Below are positions 52,351 to 64,000 of a stretch of 64,000 bases of DNA, piece after piece (the first letter of the stretch is position 1; every line of letters starts with the position of its first letter). This DNA comes from Phoronis australis (taxonomy: Eukaryota > Animalia > Phoronida): contig NMRA01000365.1 in assembly GCA_002633005.1 (NCBI GenBank), positions 68,145 through 132,144 on the forward strand, written 5' to 3'. Position numbers and translations under genes: made by a program. The notes under the pieces are model-generated. The model had not been told where the DNA came from. It saw nothing but the letters and a program-made list of their open reading frames with translations, and made no database searches.

Positions 52351-53256
52351 ACCCTCACGCCTTTCTCAGTCAGTTATAATCTGAAACAAGAAACATCTGA
52401 AAGGCACGGTTCCTTTCACCGAAATCAATGCGGCCGGGTTTCGCCGGGATGTCAGTAGCACAGGCTCTATCAGTTGCAGGACTATAACTTCTACACCATC
52501 GTTTCACTTCACAATTTATTAATCATGATCATGGCAATCCGGCGGCAGGCAGTGGTAATAATGACTACTACTTTTAGGTGATCAGTGCAATGGGCCCACA
52601 TGTGAGGCCTGCGCACGTCTGGTACAACGTGTATCAGACCGCCTGCAATTATTTTTTTTAAATGAAATGTGCCCATCATTTCAAGTTGCAGCAACTTACC
52701 GATAGCACTTACCGTCGTTTAGTCAGTCTGAAGACTCGGCAACCTAAGCGAGACAGTCGGTGTTATGCGCCGTGTCATAACTCTTGAATATCTCCGAACA
52801 CTTTTCAGGGGAAATTTGTTGGTAATTGTTGGTACAAGGTGCTATAGACTGGCACAACCCAGGATTTGGGGNAAGATTGAGGTCATGAATTGGAGCGTGC
52901 GCAGTATAAAAAAGTTGAGTTCACGATTTTGGGAACTGAAATAGGGACTGCTCGAAGAAAATGTTTCGTAACGGGAGTATTTGTTCGAGTTGGAAGGAAT
53001 TAAACACATCGACAACCTCCTAAGGTGTTCCTCTATGCGCAAAAGGTATTTGTAACAACGTGACTTTGATGGTTTAGTCGGTGCGAGGCATAATTCGCCG
53101 AAAAGCTTCCGGCGTACAGAGCGCCTATAGCCTCTACATCGCCTCTGCTTCGGGCCAACAGAGGCGATGGTCATTGCCTACCTATATCTATGATGTAATG
53201 TAACCGTTCTTCAATGGACGAATCACAGAAATTAACCCATTAACAAGGAAACCTAC

Positions 53257-53371
53257 CAGCATCAAAATGAACCCCATGAGAAATCAATCTTCCTAAAATC
53301 GTAGATGGTATAAGAAGTTCTTCTATTATTGTTCGATTTTCCTCTAACACTTTTTTTCTTTCGACATCCAT
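53257..53371 (-). CDS. Second copy of the RLR first coding exon (MDVERKKVLEENRTIIEELLIPSTILGRLISHGVHFDA) within duplicated block 53207-53806
   Basis: Intact ATG, upstream acceptor and GTAGG donor; differs from 52350-52236 by E2D and S28R. May be an allelic assembly duplicate (N at 52872). Confidence 0.5.
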
Positions 53372-53872
53372 ACCCTCACGCCTTTCTCGTCAGTTACAAT
53401 CTGAAACAAGAAAACATCTGAAAGGCACGGTTCCTTTCACCGAAATCAATGCGGCCGGGTTTCGCCGGGATGTCAGTAGCACAGGCTCTATCAGTTGCAG
53501 GACTATAACTTCTACACCATCGTTTCACTTCACAATTTATTAATCATGATCATGGCAATCCGGCGGCAGGCAGTGGTAATAATGACTGCTATTTAAATGA
53601 AATGTGCCCATCATTTCAAGTTGCAGCAACTTACCGATAGCACTTACCGTCGTTTAGTCAGTCTGAAGACTCGGCAACCTAAGCGAGACAGTCGGTGTTA
53701 TGCGCCGTGTCAGAACTCTTGAATATCTCCGAACACTTTTCAGGGGAAATTTGTTGGTAATTGTTGGTACAAGGTGCTATAGACTGGCACAACCCAGGAT
53801 TTGGGGTAATATGCGTACAATATTTTCCCAGAAAAAAACCCGGGCCTCATAAACCAACTAAATTCATCTCTT

Positions 53873-54012
53873 GGGGAATCCCAGAATGTTTGACGTCATC
53901 TGTGGTATACATTAGCGCTACCTCACGGCCGGAAATTCGGGAAATTGTTGACTTCGTAAGCATCCTGGGTAGTTCAGTAGGAGGCACAGAACAGTTCTCA
54001 CAGGGATTTGCC
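53873..54012. promoter_or_regulatory. Candidate immune-responsive motif cluster upstream of the RLR
   Basis: GGGGAATCCC (consensus kB, 53873-53882), TGACGTCA (CRE, 53891-53898), GGGATTTGCC (kB-like, 54003-54012). Confidence 0.35.
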
Positions 54013-54229
54013 TGTCAGAACACACGTCAATGCACTCTTCACCCTTTCTTCACTTTGTCAAAAACTACATACAAATAAGGAAATGTTTTGAGTCATTTCA
54101 CATCACAAGCCCTACAGATGAGCACAGAAACTTTATTCTCTCTTGTATTTTTGACCCATTCACTCCCAGTGGAAACCAAGCTGAACTAAGAAAAATGAGG
54201 GCAAAAAAATGCAAAATCGGCACTTTTCA

Positions 54230-54314
54230 NNNNNNNNNNNNNNNNNNNNNNNNNNNNNNNNNNNNNNNNNNNNNNNNNNNNNNNNNNNNNNNNNNNNNNN
54301 NNNNNNNNNNNNNN
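54230..54314. other. Assembly gap
   Basis: Run of 85 N. Confidence 0.99.
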
Positions 54315-55639
54315 AAAAAAAAAACATTCACTTGGCCTACACACAATACCTAACCGAAAAATGCCCCCAAGCCTGGCCTAGCCCTAGATTTTAACATTTT
54401 GGGAGTGCAAATTGGCCCCGGCCACAACCTAACTATTCAGTGCCACCGTAGCCGCCTTGTCTGTGCCTAGAAAAATCTAGCAATATCTCGCTTAATCTCG
54501 CAAAATCTTGCTATTTTAGCGAGGTCCTAGCGTTATTGAACCTGTCTACAGTGCACCCGGCCAACCCGCGATCGAGAACGCCCTGAAGGCGATCGAGAAG
54601 GAGACCTTGCACTAAAAATGACGGACGACAGTCACGTATCCGGTGAGTTTAAGTGTCATTTTCTGCTTAAATAGAGACCACTTTGGTACGAATGTTACAC
54701 ACAGAAAAGCGTCAGGATGTAACCTTTGTTGTGGATCTGAATTAGTTGATAGATTAATTTTTAATTACATTTCATCCACGGTTTTTTCATTATTTCTAAA
54801 TGAGATTTAGTCTAACAAACATAACTGAATGCGTTTGATTTTTTCAGTTGAACTCATAGTGTAGCCACACGATGAGTCCTTCAGGGTGTTAACGTCCACG
54901 CCTTCAAAAAAGAGTAGTACAACTGCTGCATGTCACAACAGAGTGTGTGTGTTTGGTTGTGGAGCCTTGTTCAGGAACCAAGAAATCGACTTAGTATGAC
55001 CACATGGCAATAAAATACAGTGACACTACAACAAAGCAAGACCTTTACCAGCCCTATGATTGACGAGTTGCATGGGTCAAGAGTTTTTTATCAATATAGT
55101 AAAACACAGCACGAAGCATCGTGCTCAGGAACCAAGTCGATTCAGTGTCCTATCTGTGATCAACGTTTCACGGAAAGAGTATTAGCCTGATGCCACACTG
55201 CGTCACAGCACGAGGACACTCCTTTTGTGGTGACTACGAGAAATTATTGGTCTTGTCATAGATCATAAGTTTGACTTCGCTCATCGGCAACACTTTTCCC
55301 CGAAGTACGAACTAATGGAAGTTGTAAATGAAACCACCAATGAACAGTTGTGTCTCCTAGTGGAGAGGTAGTATAGAGAAGTCGATCAGATAAGACTCGA
55401 TCTCCATTTCAATAACATAAAAGTCCAGAACTCCATGGTGAAATTGAGAAGCACAATCACAGGCTTATGAAGCGGGGGCCGGGAGGAGGTGAGCAAGCGC
55501 ACTCCCACTGATGGAGTTGGGAGGCAGCGCCCCCGGCAATCTCATGGACGTCTGAAGTTGGATCCGGGGTAGTGTGCCCTCAGTAGGGCTAGTGCAGGCA
55601 TGTAAGACTACAAAATGTGTAACAGGCATTTTGCATCAA

Positions 55640-56900
55640 CATTCAATTGAAATAGCAATCCCCTTTTGGTATCAGCTGATCAGACCTTTTAATATCTGGA
55701 AATTTTGACCATAAAAGAAGAAATCTTTATTACAAAAACCTTCGGTATACCAACACTTATAAACATTTTGTGTCAACTGTAAAAATCACAAAAAAGAATT
55801 TCTGACGTCAATAAACTTATTAGAGAATTGACTGGTTAAAAGAAACTGTTATGTTTTTGCCATATGAAGAGGGTGGTTTGACATATTCTAATATAGACCT
55901 GAACAAATTAAACTTATTGTTTTATTTGGCTTATATGTTTTGGTACGAATAATGAGGCAAGTTGGAGGATATATCCGAGACATTTTTTCAGTTGTGTTGG
56001 CGGTAACCTCATCCTGTAATCCAATTTTAAACTGAAAATCTTAAAGGCGAAACTAAACCCTTTTATAAGGATGTTCTCGCAATTTTGGACACTTTTTACC
56101 CTAAAATGTTTAGCCAAGTTACCATAGCTAAACAAGTGATATGGAGCAATTGTAATTTAACTGTTAATGGAAAATCATTCTTTTACAAAGCTCTGTGCAA
56201 TGCGGGGCTAATCGAATGGGATATTATTTCCACTTGATTTTAGTAAAAAAACTTTATAAAACGGATTAGGATAGTTTAATTGAAACTTTCAAAAGCCCAA
56301 GTAAAGCTCATTCAACAAAACACCAAATATTTTAAAACTTAATTGAGTTTAACATTTTTAGTTAAAGTTTTATTTTTGGTGATGCACCACCACCTAAAAT
56401 GTGCGCCATAGTGCCAGTGACATTTGATTCATAAAATGAAGCCTCCACGGAAACTCCGCCCACACTTTATAATGAGGCAAATGCAAATAGGGCTGAAAGT
56501 TACGGTTTGTTTATTCTTTCGACTGACAAAACTAATACAGTGTTCTAAATCAAAAAGACATATACAGTCTTCTTTTCATCCCGTCCAAAAACCTTCATTT
56601 AATAATGTTTTTAAACATATCTAACAAAAATTTTAAAATATTTTTTCACCCACAAAAAATTGTGTAAAAATTTTTTTTGCATTTCACATACCGGCCTGTG
56701 GCAAGGTCCAGACTTTTCAGCATGTTTTAAGCTGCTTCTCTTTTAAACTTTTCTGGGATTCCCTACATCATTTCATAAATAAAGTATTTATTTTACGTAT
56801 GCAACCGTCTCTTTGACAAACAAAGTCTTTAATGTCAAAAAAGAAACCACCTTGCTCAATACTATGCTTAAACTTCATCAAGATAGGGGTCTCAATCATG
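55640..56900 (+). mobile_element. Decayed L1/Tx1 LINE ORF2 3' fragment; ends approximate
   Basis: GGL..., PFYKDVLAIW, IWSNCNLTVNGKSFFYK and PACGKVQTFQHV...FW remnants. Confidence 0.6.
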
Positions 56901-58608
56901 TTATAACAATTTCAAATTTATACTGGTTTAGAGAGTGAACTTCACGCCTGGAAATAACCTTTAGAGAAGTGAAGGGTTTTTGTGAAATCTCTTTAAAGTG
57001 AATAACACAACATGTCCTTTTCATACGAGTGATGGTATTTTTAACCACTTCTTCATCTTATTGTATTAAAATTCACAATTTTTTCATATAGATAATCCTA
57101 TGTACATCTATATATAAATTAATTCGAGTGAGTGTGTGTCAATGAGTCCATGAAAGTCTTTCCCTTTCCGCTTTCCTCTCCCCGTTTTATGATAGTTGTA
57201 CGCTCATTCACTACGAGTGCCTTTAAAATACCTATTGTTATTATTGTAAGTATATGTAGTTGGGGCCACGGAACCACCCAATCCTAATAATATTCACTGA
57301 TAATATGATTTCTGGGTAAATAAATGTATTAGCTGAAAAATTGGTTGAAACCATTGTGGTCGTACGGTGGAGTTGAGGAGCAGAAAAAGAACACAGCTGC
57401 AGCGAAACACGTAGAAGAGCAAATTGACTGATTAAGGAATGCAAAGCTGCATTACTCCAGGGCCCCGTCTCTTGCCAAGGACAATTGAATCATTTGTCAC
57501 TCACTTTTCCGTTTTATTTTCTAATTGTGCATCATTTGATCTAAATACCAGTCCCGCTGACGACATGCATAGTTTTATTTATATCTTTTTTCTTAAGGGG
57601 CAACTCGATCACGGAGGGGTTCCAATGATGGAATCAATTGCCTCTTGTCTCTTTTCTTATTTTTGTGAAAGGGTGCTTTTTATGTTGAATGGACATTATC
57701 GGCGTAGAAAGCGACTTTCTGAGATCAGCCTCAGCGCAGAATCGAACCTGCAATCCGCGCTGAGCTGGCGCCTCGATCTGAATGGCAGAGTAAGCATTAG
57801 GTAAGCATCAGTTGCCTTGATTTCAGGGAATTTGTAGCAAACAATTCAACGGCGAGACATTGGTGATTTGTGATAAAATCGCAAAAATCTTACGGATTTG
57901 GTTTGTTTTGACTTTTGTCAAACTTCAACAATTCTATCCCATCCAACACTAATCACACAAATGTGTTTTTCGGCCGTTTCAATGATGGTGGAAAAACGAA
58001 TAACCTTTCATATTGTGGCTTTTTGGCAGCTTGCCTTTCACATAAAGGGACCCCATCTCAGACGGCGTCCTCTATTGAAGGGCCAGAACAGAGAAACTGT
58101 CCTTTCTCCCCTGTAAATCCGGCTCTATCAACTATTCATTGGTGGAACAGAAAAAATTATATTGGTCAGGAGAATCACAGAACGTGTTCATACAGGCATA
58201 ACAGAACCAATACAGGTGGTTCAAACAAACAAAAACACGAGACTGTGTTAAAAACCTTCAATTGAACTCGAAAGGGAATTTTTTAAGACTACTCTTTTTG
58301 AATGACGCAAAGGCAAAATTGTCGATGGTTTTAGAGCCATAAAAATATCGGTGATTTCTCCAAAGAATTACACAACAATATGTACAGTACATGTTCATTA
58401 AAGGTGCTCAAGGCACATATCATGGCAATCGTAAACTATTAAGACGTCTGCAATCTTTGGAATGCAACTCATAAATAATGACAGCGTAACACTAGAATGA
58501 AAGAAAACGTACAGGCATTACACCAGTGAGTAATGAAAATTTCTTGGGGAGGACCATGGCTCCCGTGCTTTCCCAAGCTACCAGTGAAGAGAGTATTTCT
58601 GTGTGCAT

Positions 58609-59502
58609 TGATACGTCGCAAAATGTAACAATTTCGTATAATGTAACAACTGTTACTTTTTACGTCATTGTTACATTTGGTATATTAAACGTTTTGCTAC
58701 ATCGCATAAAAAGCGCATATTAAACATCACTGACTTCGACGTTGGCCGTTTTTGTTCCTTACAACCCACTTTCAATGAAACCTAGTTCAAATCACTCAGT
58801 TAAATCACTGAATACTGGGGCTCGTTCCACATGAAATTGTGCGTTTTGTATTCATAATAATGATAACGATACCGATGAGTAATAGTAGTGAAAGTAGTAA
58901 CAATAGTAATGGTAGTAATAGCAATAATAATAATGTTATAGTAATAAAAATGATAATGGGTAGCCAAACTTATGCCGTGTCAGTCTGGAGGGCATTCCTG
59001 TAGAAGAGGTATACGAAAAGTGCCGCCCAAAAGGACGTTTTTTCACAGCAAAAAATGCTCTCCAAAACGGTGCCATTTATAACAAAAAAATTATCTAAAA
59101 GGTTGCCTTTTCTGAATTTCTGAAACACAAATGTGTGAAAATGTGAATTTTTACGCAAAATTAGTCTCTGAATGGGTCAATATTTTGTCCAAGCCCACTC
59201 TCTAAACGATAGATATTCAAATTCTTCGGGCGGCACCCCTCGTCTAAAAATACTCGAGTGCCACCGGCCGTGTCAGATACTTGTTCGTGATTTTGTTTTT
59301 TTTTTGAAATATGACGTTGGTTTCGTAAAATGAAACAACGGTACATTTCTCGAATGTGCATTGGACATAAAATGTAACAACAACGTTAAAATGTAACAAC
59401 TTGTTACATTTTAGGAGAGGCCTAGCTACGTAAAATGTAACAATGACGTAAAATGTAACAGTTGTTGCATTTTACGAAATTGTTATAGTTTACCGCATAT
59501 CA
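58609..59502. mobile_element. Non-autonomous TIR/foldback element (~900 bp) with AAAATGTAACA subterminal repeats
   Basis: Left end TGATACG..AAAATGTAACAATTTCGTA..GTAACAACTGTTAC is mirrored by right end GTAACAGTTGTTGCATTTTACGAAATTGTTA..CATATCA. Confidence 0.6.
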
Positions 59503-62500
59503 GTGAAGCCCTTCGGGAAATGACAAAAATTTCTTTAGCGTGAATTGCGGATTTAAACAACTCTCGAATTTGAAACATTCAGTTGAACGGACCTCTTTGT
59601 CCCGCTTTCTTCACCCAACGTTTTCTTCGTTTGGTCACCTAAATCGAAAATTATTGGGGGGGGGGGGNTGTTACGCCCTGAATCTGAGTAAGGAATCAGA
59701 TGAGGCTGATTTTATAAGAGCACGTGGCCTAAATTAGAACTTGGAGAGGAGGCCGAGGTCTATATCGCCGCCTCCAGTGATTATTAAATCTTAACAAAAT
59801 TTGGTATCTTTAAAAATTAAGAACGGTATGCATCAATCATTACTTTGGACTCGTTGACAGGTCACGCGTTCTGACAAGACTGGAAACACAGTTGGTTCCT
59901 AAGACAAGGTTACACGAACCTGCAAAAGGTGCACGGCTGTTGCAAATTAATAACTTGACCCATCAATAACAGTTACAGATCATGCATTAATGCAGCAGAA
60001 ACAGTAGGTGACAAATGGTAGCGAAACGTATACAAGATTATAGCAACGGCTCAGAGAGAAGTTCAAGGGCTCATTTGGGGAGGATAGGCTTGTACCCAGG
60101 TGTACTAAGTGGGCTTATTTCCGAAAATTCGCAAATAAGACCATGAGTTGCACTCCAGTCTCCTTGTACAGCACATGCATGCATAAACCTATGGGTGTGT
60201 GTCACACATTCGATGGACGCGAATTTTGGTATCTAAGACAGCTTTATGCTTGGCCACGCTGAGCAACAGGGTGCAACCCAACAGAAGGATGACACTTGCA
60301 GTGGACTGAGAGGTTAGAGGGAGTAGGCTAATACACAAACAGGTGGACTCGAACCAAAAAAATCTGGAGGTGGTCAGATACGGCTGGGTATTAGAGCACA
60401 TCCATCAGAAATTATTACAAGTCCATGGAGAAGTCAAATAAAACATAAAATGCACCCCCACTCATCAACCTCTAGCTTAACAGGAGATTACTTTTTAGCA
60501 ATAAAAAGCAAATGCATCAAGAAGTGTATTGCTGGTCACATGGTTTGTTCACACAACAATGACATACAAAGCTAGCATTGTTATAGTGCACGACCAAACA
60601 ATGTAATGTTTTACTCAAAATAATGACATTAAGGCTTCAAGTGGACAAACGTTGATATGAGTGACTAATGAGTGACTAAATATCCCTGCATCTGAACACA
60701 GTCTGTATAGGTATCCATCAACAAATAGATTAGTCATTGAATGGATGTATTTGAAATTGTGACAACATGACTTGCACTAAATCAAAAAAACACATAAAAT
60801 AAAGCTGTATACTAATGATAAATCTAAAAATGATGACTGTGAAGTGTGCTTAAGTCAAAGCACTAGTTCCATTAGAAAGACATTACCAGGAAGGGACACT
60901 TATTTCCGAACCCCATTTAAAAACAAACTTTCAAGTTGCCAGCAGCTAAACATTTTACCTAAACTAAGGAGAAATCTTGCCCTACAGATGGCATCAATTT
61001 TGGTCTATGAACAAATTAGTGGCGCTGGGCACTTTCAAAAAGTGAGCAACTTGGTGAATTAAGATTACAATCTAATAAATCCATTCTGCACTCAATTTCT
61101 ACATTGCACAGATGTGGTATTATCAATAAATAGCATCTTTTGAACAGGTTTTAGATATACCACAGATACTACAGGCAGACCCAAATAACATTAATTTTTG
61201 GCCAAACAAGCTGACATGGAATGATTGGAAACTCTGGGAAACTCTTCAATATGCGATGCCAATAGGCATTCTCCCATTGACTCCAACTTGTACGATCGGA
61301 TACCCAATGAACAAGTTGGCCAACTGACAGGTGTAGTTAGCATATTAAACTATTGGTTATCTCCCCTGAGGTATTTATGGTTGGAGGGCTAGCTCGGTTT
61401 TGCTCGATAATATTGCTACAATCTCTGATAAGACCATACCAAGACAAAAGACTGCACTCAGCAGTTGACAAAGGCACCAGATGTTATCAGACGTTCAGAA
61501 CCAGCATAGTCATTGAATTGGAGAAAGCTCTTATATTTTTAATTACTGAGCCATCTATTCTACATCAAAGATATCTTGCACACATGGTAGTGTGCATTTA
61601 CATCAACATTTTTAATGATTAGTTGCGCAATTATTTAAGTCATAACACACTAATCACAATCCGTGGACAAAGGTTTTGTCTTTATAAAGGCATTATTTTA
61701 TTTTCTATAAGATAGCACTTCTTCCATTTCTTTTGGAAACAAAACATCAAAAAGTTGTTGTTTAGCCACTTGGCCCTACCTGGCAATGTCTTGGTGGTTG
61801 CATGAACATACTTAACTTTGCTGACAAAGTTAACAGAATCGTCATTAGTTAGCAGACAAACTTCAGATGAAGGGAGAAACTAAAAACTATAAACTTGAGG
61901 AAAGACGTGATATTACTGGAATGAAACCTAAAAATGAGATTCAAACTTGGTTCAGTTAAAAGTTTTCTTGAGATGGTAGAGCTACTTTCACATACACATG
62001 GACCTAAGCCAAAAACCAAATGACCACCGTCTAATGTAATCAACTTCACATCATAAATTGCAACTGAATGTACCCAACCACAGAGGGTGTGCCATGTTTA
62101 ATTGCAGTCAAGACAGGACCAGTTTAAAACTTGTACAATGCCTAAAGAGACCCAGTTTTACATCAAGGCAATGGCAAAGCAGCACTGATTTCAATGGAGT
62201 TTCAAAGTGTGCAACTTTTATGTTTCAGAACGTCAATACCATAAGATTCATGTAGATCTGGAATGTATTACTAGCTAGATCAATAAAACAGTTCACAAAC
62301 AATACTAAATTTTGTTTAATGTACCTGTGCTGAGCTTATATCAACCCAAACAGAATACTGTTTCTACCAAAATACTTAAACGTTAATGTCCAATAGAACA
62401 ATAACTGCTTTTCAAATGAACACATATGCACCATTCTGAAATGTCACCTATGGTAACTGCCAAGCAGTTGAGTTTGTACAATAGATAAAAACAGTCCGTT

Positions 62501-62594
62501 ATACACCTTCTTACCCTGGACTTAAATAAATAAATATAACATCCACCCTATACATAGTAATAATCTCTGCCGTGTATGGTCAATAAATATTGCA

Positions 62595-63518
62595 CTAAAA
62601 TACATCACTTTGTCCTCCCCTCCTCAGATCGCTATGCGCTGTCAACGTCTGGTTCGTTTTACCAACAGCATTGACTACATTCAGCCCTTCTATCCTTTGG
62701 CACCGTGGTCGCTGGTTTCCAGACTGTTGCATTGTGTGACCAAGTGCCTTCAGGTCTTTGACAATTGACCTGGAGAAGTTTCCTGTTGATAACGAGTCAA
62801 AACCGGGTGATTACAAGCAGCATTTGAGAAAACATCCATTGTATTATTGTGGTGGAGAAGACATAGAAGTTGGTGAGCAGAAAAACAAGGAGTGTGTGAG
62901 GGAATGGCGAAAACATACAAAAAAAAATAATTTTGAAAGTATGTGAATACAAGTGGATCCTTCCTGAGGGGCATGTATGACCTAACAAATCTGTTGAATA
63001 TAAAACTGATAGCCACTTTTTAACGAATGTATAAGAGATAGGTAGGCAAAGTAATGAACAACATTTAATGATCATCTTCAACAAAGTTGCCAAATGGAAA
63101 CAATGAAAAGCTCTATATTGACAAGGTGATGCTAATAAAGAGTAAGTTTGTCACCTCAACAGACTGAAAAAAGATAACCCAGCATGAGGGCATTCATAGG
63201 ATTTTGGTTCAAGAATTCTTGCATTTGTACATTATATACAAGCGATAACATTGTTTCACTAGTGCCACCTTGTGAATCTCAGGTTCCACGTTAACTTAGT
63301 CATCAGTTGATGAAAGATTCAGTACTCACATACATAGCCACTATGAGAAACATATGGAGTGAACAGACAAGAAATAATTCCATAATTGACACTAAAAAGC
63401 TGCTCACCTTCAAACTCCACTATATCTGGGTAAAGTTGAGTATGTAACCGTGGTAACTCAATAGCTTCATCCAGGGGATGGCCAAAGGTCATATTCTGTA
63501 TAATAGCTTGGACAATAC
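62595..63518 (-). CDS. Gamma-glutamyl transpeptidase (glutathione hydrolase) family, last two exons (63518-63408, 62782-62595); gene continues beyond the window
   Basis: GIVQAIIQNMTFGHPLDEAIELPRLHTQLYPDIVEFE spliced to GNFSRSIVKDLKALGH...NVVNAV...TAHSDLRRGGQSDVF*, matching the GGT small-subunit C-terminus (PRxH, SDxRxGG). Confidence 0.88.
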
Positions 63519-63942
63519 CTGAACATAATGTCAAATTATCACACAACAACATACCAGAATGTACAACTCCCATGAGCAAATCCCAATAAGTGTATCAGGG
63601 ACTACAAATCAGGCATCATTGTTTTCAAGCAAAATAAACCAGACAAATGCTGAAGTCAATGTTTTGATGCTGAAGGTAATCCGCGTACCAATTTTGCACA
63701 AACATAATCATCAAAATTAGCATTTTTTTGTTTTTCAAGGTCCTCTAACATTATTGTGAATGACAAAATTTTTTCAAAATATTTTCTGCCAGTAGTCATG
63801 GCACAGAACTTGAACATGGTAAAGCTACATATCTTTAATCTTAATAAAATAAAATTTCATTTGTCTGCCACACTCTCTCCTGAATTGGTGAGAATTCACA
63901 GTACTAAAACTTTACATTGAGTGTGGTAAGCAATAACTGTAA

Positions 63943-64000
63943 TACCGTATTCGCCGTAATAACCGCCCAGGGCGCTTAGAAAAGTTCGGTTCGGGGGGGG
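63943..64000. mobile_element. Probable left end of a Tc1/mariner/pogo-type MITE
   Basis: TACCGTATTCGCCGTAATAACCGCCCAGGGCGCT; the other end lies outside the window. Confidence 0.3.

Noticed and set aside
52720-52765. Hammerhead-ribozyme-like CTGAAGA...CGAGAC.GTC
   Set aside because: The GAAA core is mutated, stem II is poor and there is no stem I pairing.
1-54000. DNMT3, kinase and RLR as an operon-like genome-defence cluster
   Set aside because: A housekeeping gene (ICT1) lies between them, strands differ, and adjacency alone is not evidence of shared function in an animal genome without synteny data.

Overview
AT-rich animal genomic DNA with spliceosomal introns. Gene and transposon content suggest a lophotrochozoan such as a mollusc (inference). 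I reconstructed five protein-coding genes by hand from GT-AG splice sites and reading-frame phase: (1) the 3' part of a DNMT3 de novo DNA methyltransferase (+, 9 exons in window, 1-15120); (2) a complete mitochondrial ICT1/MRPL58 peptidyl-tRNA hydrolase (+, 6 exons, 23196-28323); (3) an intronless 422-aa non-RD protein kinase (-, 29962-31230); (4) a 13-exon RIG-I-like receptor with 2xCARD, DExD/H helicase and C-terminal domain (-, 52350-35071); (5) the last two exons of a gamma-glutamyl transpeptidase (-, 63518-62595). Introns and intergenic DNA hold many decayed LINEs, DIRS, Academ-like and LTR remnants, MITEs, minisatellites and hairpins. The strongest signal is a 1-nt deletion in the RIG-I-like receptor's RNA-sensing domain. 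The shifted frame stays open across the last intron, so it would make a full-length receptor with a different tail. Other notable features are a duplicated first exon/promoter and duplicated 3' UTR of that gene, an NF-kB/CRE motif cluster upstream, a perfect 46-bp intronic inverted repeat, and the co-oriented non-RD kinase downstream. Several duplications flank single-N joins and may be assembly artefacts. No database searches were possible, so family names come from recognised motifs only.
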